64,000 bases of DNA from the human T2T-CHM13v2.0 reference genome, Homo sapiens. Shown in pieces: positions 54,054-64,000 of the stretch. The notes under the pieces are model-generated. The model saw nothing but the letters and a program-made list of their open reading frames with translations. It searched no databases and was not told the DNA's origin. Numbering within the stretch: the stretch's first letter is position 1; the number at the start of each line of letters is the position of its first letter. Location of the stretch: the NCBI RefSeq assembly GCF_009914755.1, contig NC_060934.1, one strand, 5' to 3'. The position numbers were made by a program, and so were the translations under genes.

Positions 54054-55384
54054 TTTCCCCCCTCTGGAGTTCAAGACCCCAATTCTTTGGGGGAAATGGA
54101 TGAAGGGCAGTCTTCTGTAACTACTTCCTGCTGACAGAGGGGTGGTGGTGGTTCTGTGGGTCTTAGCCTCTTGCTAGTTGTCACAGCAGGGTGGCTCTGT
54201 GGGTTGGTGAAAGTGGTATCCAGCCAGGTCCCAAGGGAGACGGGGCAGAATTTCACCTCTGTCATGTCTCACTGATGGGCAGTCTAGGGGTCACCCGTAG
54301 AAGGGTGACTCTTGAATATTGAGAGGAGGGTATCCCTCACTGAAGATCATCTATAGCTTGATGGCCTGAAAGCAAGGAGACAAATCAAGTTATTAGATTT
54401 AAAAGAATGTTAACATGAAATAAAGGAGTGAGGACGGGTCCAAAAATTCTCGAAGCTGTCGAAATGCTCAAGTAGCTGGTGGCTCTAGTCATGCGTACTC
54501 TAAGACTTGGATGCATGTGGTTGCCACCCAATTCTAATATGTGCCCAAAATCAGAATATTGATCCAGATTTTTATGTTACTCATCCTCCTTGCTTCTTCT
54601 GAGCTGCAGCAGGATGAATGCTTGGTTCACAGGAATAAGCAGGGTTAGTTCACAGGAATAAGCAGGCAGACAAAAACACAAAAACAACTGATGAAACTAG
54701 AATCTAATAATAGCTATACCATAGTTCTTGAAACAATTTTTCTCTCTGTAGTCCTCAATTTGATTAAAAACAAATCATGATAGGACTGACTCATTTGCAA
54801 AATATGCTTTAGTCTTATTATACTTAACCTGAGTATTTGTATAAAGCACAGCAAGAGTAACTATTTGCCATATAGGCTCCTTTTAAAATTAGCTTTGATG
54901 GAACTTTATTCCATAAGGAATCTCAGATAACACTCTTTTTAAAGCCTTAAGCCAAGCCATTCGTTGGTGCCATCAAATACCTGTATGAGCTGGGTATATT
55001 TTTCTTCTCTTGAGGTCCCAAGATAAATTGCTTTCCTGGGCCTGTTAGAAAGTGACATTCTTTACTTACCACAGGTCAGGAACCTTGAACAGGGACTGTG
55101 TAGACAAGGTATGGGGCCCGTTTCTCCCATGGGGCTTTTATGGGCTCTATAAATCCAGTGTGATTTCTTAAAGGACAGCATGCCATTCTAGTCAAAGCCT
55201 TGGTAAAATAACCAGTTCCTCCAATTGTGTCCTGTTGCAAAAGAAAACAGATTCTTATTGCAAATAAGCAATAATATAGCAAATGACTATATTCCCATAA
55301 GTTAAGAATACTCACAAATAGTTTCCAAATTCTGAAGAAATCAGATGCAGAGAAACAACTATGTTCCAAATATTGTTTACAGGT

Positions 55385-57975
55385 TGATATGGTTTGGCTC
55401 TGTGTTCCCACCCAAATCTCATCTTGAATTGTAATTCCTATGTGTTGGGGGAGGAGCTGGTAGGAGGTGATTGAATCATGGAGGTGGACTTCCTCTTGTT
55501 TTTCTTGTGATAGTGAGTTCTCATGAGATCTGGTTGTTTATTAAGTGTGTGGCATTTCTCCCTTCATGCTCTCTCTCTCCTGCCACCATGTGAAGAAGGT
55601 CCTTCCTTCCGCTTTGCCTTCTGCCATGGTTTCCCAAGCCTTCCAGTCTTGCTTCCTGTTAAGCTTGTGGAGCTGTGAGTCAATGAAACCTCTTTTTTTC
55701 ATAAATTACCCAGTCTCAGGTAGTTCTTTATAGCAATGTGAAAACAGATACAGAAAATTGGTAACAGGAGTGCTGTATTGCTATAAAGATACCTGAAAAT
55801 GTGGAAGTCACCTTGGAACTAGGTAACAGGCAGAAGTTGGAGGGGTTCGGAGGGCTCAGAAGAAGACAGGAAGGTGAGGGAAAGTTTGGAACTCCCTAGA
55901 GACTTGTTGAATGGTTGTGATCAGAATGCTTATGGTGATGTGGACAGTGAAGTCTAGGTTGAGGTGGTCTCAGATGGCAATGGGAACTTACTGGGAACTG
56001 GAGCAAAGGTCACTCTTCTTATGCTTTAGCAAAGAGACTGGTGGCATTGTGATCCTGCACTAGGAATCTGTGGAACTTTGAACTTGAGAGAGATGATTTA
56101 GGCTATCTGGTGGAAGAAATTTCTAAACAGTAAAGGATTCAAGATTGGCCTGGCTGCTGCTAACAGCATAGAGTCATATGCATTCACAAAGAGATGGTTT
56201 GAAATTGGAACTTATGTTTAGAAGGGAAGCAGAGGATAAAAGTTGGGAAAATTCACAGCCTGACCATGTTGTAGAAAAGAAAAAACATTTTCTGGGGAGA
56301 AATTCAAGCTGGCTGCATTGCATAAGTAAAGAGGAGCCAAATATTAATAGCAAAGACAATGGGGAAAATATCTCAAGGGCATGTCAGAGACCTTCTCAGC
56401 ACCCCCTCCCATCACAGGCCTGGAGGCCTAGGAGGGGAAAAAGGTTTTGTTGGCCAGGCCCAGGGCCCTGCTTCTCTGTGCAGTCTCAGGACATGGCACC
56501 CTGCATCCCAGCTGCTCCATCTCCAGCTGTGGCTAAAAGCAGCCAAGGTACAGCTCAGGCCATTGCTTCAGAGAGTGCAGGCCCCAAGCCTTGGCAGCTT
56601 TTACGTGGTGTTGGACCTGCAGGTGCACAGAAGGCAAGAGTTGAGGTTTGGGAACGTCCACCTAGATTTCAGAGGATATATGGAAATGCCTGGATGTGCA
56701 GGCAGAACTCTATTGCAGGAGCAGAGCCCTCATGCAGATCCTCTGCTAGGGCAGTTGGAGAAGAAATGGGTTTGAGCCCCCACACAGAGTCCCCATGGGC
56801 CACTGCCTTGTGGAGCTGTGAGAAGAGGGCCGCCCTCCTCCAGATCCCAGAATGGTAGATCCACTGACAGCTTGCCCCATGTACCTGGAAAAGCTGCAGG
56901 CACTCAATGCCAACCTTTGGAAGCAGCCACTGGGACTGTACCCTGCAGAGCCTCAGGGGTAGAGCTGCCCAAGACCGTGGGAGCCTACCCCTTCCATCAG
57001 CATACCCTGGATGTGAGACATGGAGTCAAAGGAGATTATATTGGAGCTTTAAGATTTAATGTCTGTCCTGCTGGGTTTTGGACTTGCAAGGGGCCTGTAG
57101 CCCTTTTATTTTGGCCAATTTCTCCCTTTTTGAAGGGGGGCATTTACCCAATGCCTGTACCTCCTTTGTATCTTGAAAGTAACTAACTTGTTTTTTATTT
57201 TTTATTTTACAGGCTCATAGGTGGAAGGGACTTGCCTTGTCTCAGATGAGACTTTGGACTTGGACTTTTGAGTTAATGCTGGAATAAGTTAAGACTTTGG
57301 GGAACTGTTGGGAAGGCATGATTGGTTGTTTTTTGTTTTTTGTTTAGACAGAGTCTCGTTCTGTCACCCAGCTGCAGTGCAGTGGTGCAATCTCGGCTCA
57401 CTGCAACCCCTGCCTCCTGGGTTTGAGCAATTCTGTCTCATCCACCCAGGTAGCTAGGATTACAGGTACCCAACTCCATGCCTGGCTAATTTTTGTATTT
57501 TTAGTAGAGACGGGGTTTCACCATATTGGCCACATGATTGGTTTTGAAATGTGAGAAGGACATGAGATTTAAGAGGGGGCAGGGGTAAAATGATACGGTA
57601 TGGCTCTGTGTCCCCACTCAAATCTCTCATCTGGAATTGTAATTGCCAGTGTTGGGGGAGGGGTCTGGTAGGAGGTGATTGAATCATGAGGGTGGACTTC
57701 ACCTTGCTCTTTTCATGTTAGTGAGTTCTCATGAGATCTGGTTGTTGGAAAGTGTGTGGCATTTCCCCCTTCGCTCGCTCTCTCTTCTGCCACCACGTGA
57801 AGGAGGTCTTTGCTTGCCCTTCACCTTCCACCATGATTTTAAGTTTCCTGAGGCCTCCCAGTCATGTTTCCTGTTGAGCCCGTGGAACTATGAATCATTT
57901 AAATCTCTTCTGTTTTTTCATAAATTACCCAGTCTCAGGTAGTTCTTTATAGCAGAATGAAAGCAAACTAATTCA
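55385..57975 (+). mobile_element. Complete MST (MSTA-like MaLR): LTR 55385-55752, internal region, LTR 57591-57975
   Basis: Paired LTRs; 5-bp TSD CAGGT at 55380-55384 and 57976-57980; MaLR ORF relics at 56178-57186; truncated Alu at 57326-57531. Confidence 0.92.
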
Positions 57976-58429
57976 CAGGTATATGCTTTACTCAGTTGTT
58001 AAAAGCTGTACATAGCTCAAAAAAAAGTTTTCTTGACTTTGACAAAGGATTAGCAATGTGTTAAGCCAAAAGTCATGAGGATTATTTCAGTCTTCTACTA
58101 GTTTAGTCCATGCAATTAACTCATTCTGCTTGATATTCATGAACATTTTAGCTCTCCAGGAGAGTCCTGAAAGTTTTTTCCTTTATTCTAATGTCGCAAT
58201 CTCCAAAGTTACCAGAAACCTGCATTTAAGAGCACTTGTTAGAGTCCTAGATCTGATTATAAAATCACCTTTTAAAGAGGTTTAAAACAAGACACCAATT
58301 GTATATAGATGACAAAAAGTTTTAGGGTAGCCACAGACAAAGACAAAATTGACAAGGAAATTTGTTACCTCTGTGGCACACAAGAATTTAACATAACAAT
58401 AATTATTATAGATAATGTATACTAAATTA

Positions 58430-60265
<1,836 letters not shown>

Positions 60266-61346
60266 AACATCCTTCTTTTTAAATAACCAGTTATTTTACT
60301 TTAGGACAAGAATTTACCACTTGAGATCCTTTCTCAGATAAAATCTCTTCTTTTTAACATTCCTTACCAGAAATACCTTTTCACCTTTATAACTTTTGTA
60401 TTAGACAAGTAATTTTCCATCTTTTAGGAAACTATGATTTGTACTGCATGTTGCTATGAGTCGTGTGAAGGGGGAGCAAATACAGAGGTTATCTACATAC
60501 TGTAGAAGTTATTCTTTCTCAAGAGATTGCTCAGTTAGATTTCTTCCTAGGGCGTGTCCAAAGAAGTGTGGGCTATTTCTAAACCCCTGAGGTAGGACTG
60601 TCCAGGTTGAAGTTATTGGTTAAAGCTTTAGTTAGCTTTACCAGAAGAAATAGAGCTATTAGAGAAAGATGAATTCAGAGGTCAGGTAAATATTAAGTAA
60701 GCACCATCTTGGAAAGTATATTTTTGCCTCAGTGAGGTGTGGGGTGGGAAACATTAGACATTACCAGGGACTGGTGGGAGAATGGTAATTGGTTCTTTAA
60801 GTAATATGAAGGGTATGAATCTTTTCTTTTGGAGGGAGGAGGTGCCATTTGTCCCCATTACCCAACAGGATTTGGAGGAGAGTTGCTCAGAGAAGGAGAT
60901 TAGCACAGAGTAGGCAGCTCTTGAACCCAAAAGGGAAATTTATAATTGTACTTGCCATCTCAAGAGTTGCCCTTGGCTTTGTTCTGTTGATGACTACGTC
61001 TGATTTGGAAGCCAGCCAGAGGAAAGAGCCCCTTCAGCTCAAGGCCATCAAGGTTTGCGATCCTGTCCCAAGGCCCTTTGGCCCTCAGGGCAGTCCCATT
61101 ACACTGGCTGAGCATGTGGCAGAGGGGGCATGCCATGTGCAGCTTTTTCCCATTTGTCCCATTGGGCAGTTTGCCTTCCAGTGGCCTAGCTCCCTGTGAT
61201 AATGGTAGTAACCTGGAGGGAGCTGGAAGAGCTTGTAAAGCAACCAATAGTTGAGCCTGCCTCTGATCCCTGCATTTCTCCTTTGCCTTAGCCCTCTTCT
61301 CCTTATTCTACTCTCAGTTATAAAAGACTGAGAAGGCTAATCTGAG

Positions 61347-61478
61347 GACCTTCTGCACAAGGTCACTAGTTCCAAGGCTAACTTTTGTAATTTCCTCCCA
61401 GTTCATTTTTAGACCCTCCTGCACAGGGTCACTGGTTCGAAGGCTGACTTTTGCAATTTCCTCCCAGTTCCTTTTTAG
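61347..61478. repeat. Imperfect tandem duplication of about 65 bp in ERV internal sequence
   Basis: CTGCACA.GGTCACT.GTTC.AAGGCT.ACTTTTG.AATTTCCTCCCAGTTC.TTTTTAG x2. Confidence 0.9.
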
Positions 61479-61890
61479 GCCAAACAGTATTACAAAGGAA
61501 AACTAGTTTTTTGTGTCAAGGTTGGTGGGAATCAAACTTTTCCCAGTTTGGGGGATGCATCCAAGGGGTGTGTCTTCTGGTATGGAGATGCAATTACCCA
61601 TTTGTGAAGAGAGAACAGAGGAGAAAAAAAGGGAAAGAGGAAAAAGAAGGCTTTTCGTCTACTTTCCTATTATCCTGAATGAGGCATCCCACGTGGTCCT
61701 TAGGGTTCCAGAATGAACCGATCCTACCAAGTAGCCTTGGTTCCATCTTGTCACAATTACCTACTTGAGAAGAGAGGAGATACTAGAGTGAACCGTGGGC
61801 CCCCTGTTCATCCTTGGGGTTCTGGAATAACCGATCTTGCCATGTAACCCTAACCTTGCTTTCATCTCTGTTCTAACAGTAATCTGTTAG

Positions 61891-62515
<625 letters not shown>

Positions 62516-63503
62516 CCATTTATTTGCCCTCTTGATGTAAAGTAGTAATCTCCGGAGGACTTGGGGCTTGGGGTAAGAACTTGCAAATGGCAAAGGAAGA
62601 ATATCTTTTCCTCTCAGTGGAGTGCTAACTCAAAAAAGCCAATAGGTGGGATCCTTAAAGCGTCAGAGTGAGGCCCTATGCAGGTGGACAGACTACTTCA
62701 AAACCCACTGGAAAACTTGGCCCTGGGACATAACAGGAACAAAAAGCATGTGGTAAGTCAAGGAGCTGGCAGAGCTGGAGTTCCAATTAATGTCTGTCCT
62801 GGCCATGTGCCAGCAGACAGGGAAAGGGTTAGAGTCGTGGAAGCTGGTAGGGTAAGAACAAGTATAAATCTCGGGATATCTGCAAGGGAGCTCGTGTCTT
62901 TGCTGCCATGCAAACACAGTAAAAGCCACGGGCACACAAATAACAGGGAGTGTGTGTTTAAGAAGTCATGTGGCATGTGAAGTGAAAGCAAAGAGGCAGA
63001 CTTGCCCCCAAGGCAGATGGTCCAGCAGGTGCACAAGGCCATTTCAAAACACACACACACATAAAAAAAAGAAGAATAGGCAGTGAGGGTTCTTAGTAAA
63101 TTTTAGCTGAAAAAGAAGAAGAAACCTGACATTGTACAGTTTTAGGCTTTAGCCCTACCACTCTTGTGAGCCCCTTGTCCAGGAAAGCCATTAGTGCCTC
63201 AGCGTGAACCTCAAGGTACTTCCCACCCCTGTGAGCCACCAATCAGGGTGAGCTGAGCAATCAGCCCAGGGGAACAGAGTCACATATGGCCAAGAGGAAT
63301 TGTTCTGGGGTTTGGTTAGTAAGCACGAGAGAAAAAGGAAAAAGAAAATTGTGTACGGAGGTTGAATGCCTCCAGGCAGAGAAGGCAGGGCATAGAGATG
63401 TCTTACCACAAGGGAACGTATCTGAGTCATGCAGCACCAAAGTATGTGAGCAGTGGAAGTTATCAGAATCAATTGGCACCAAAATATGTTAGTAGCAGAA
63501 TGT

Positions 63504-63521
63504 ATCCCAGTCATGGCACCA
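63504..63521 (-). other. Primer-binding site, tRNA-His-like
   Basis: TGGTGCCATGACTGGGAT versus TGGTGCCGTGACTCGGAT (16/18), 5 nt from the LTR end. Confidence 0.8.
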
Positions 63522-63526
63522 AATCG

Positions 63527-64000
<474 letters not shown>

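Noticed and set aside
54626-54666. 19-bp direct repeat GTTCACAGGAATAAGCAGG
   Set aside because: Small slippage-type duplication in ERV relic; no functional indication
56178-57186. 226-aa and 122-aa ORFs
   Set aside because: MST/MaLR internal sequence, frameshifted; not a host gene

Overview
Primate (human-like) genomic DNA containing the 5' end of ARHGAP12 (Rho GTPase-activating protein 12) on the minus strand. Its parts are a CpG-island promoter with non-coding exon 1 (donor at 30072/30071), a 39-nt non-coding exon 2 (11951-11913) and a 755-nt exon 3 (10314-9560) carrying the start codon and 228 codons including the SH3 domain. The gene continues off the left edge. Intron 1 holds a full-length HMGB1 processed pseudogene with a 10-bp target-site duplication, inserted into a 5'-inverted old L1. 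The rest is repeat-dense: roughly 58 Alus or Alu fragments, old L1s, MIR/L2, Tigger/MER DNA transposons and MLT LTRs. There is also an ERV1-type provirus relic with a tRNA-Leu PBS at 34.3-40.5 kb and a MER50-type provirus from 53.4 kb to the window end, which has a triplicated tRNA-His PBS and contains a complete MST (MaLR) element. The most notable patterns are: (i) exons 2-3 are bracketed by inverted Alus and would circularise into a 794-nt RNA encoding a 229-aa SH3-only protein; (ii) a layered uORF/start-stop leader; (iii) a promoter with a duplicated GC-box + TCACGTGA (CLEAR/E-box) module; (iv) a templated inverted insertion inside an Alu; (v) a divergent CTCF-like pair. I see no evidence of a wholly new gene system. 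Almost all other ORFs in the track are repeat- or GC-derived. Repeat subfamily names were assigned by eye and most repeat boundaries are approximate.
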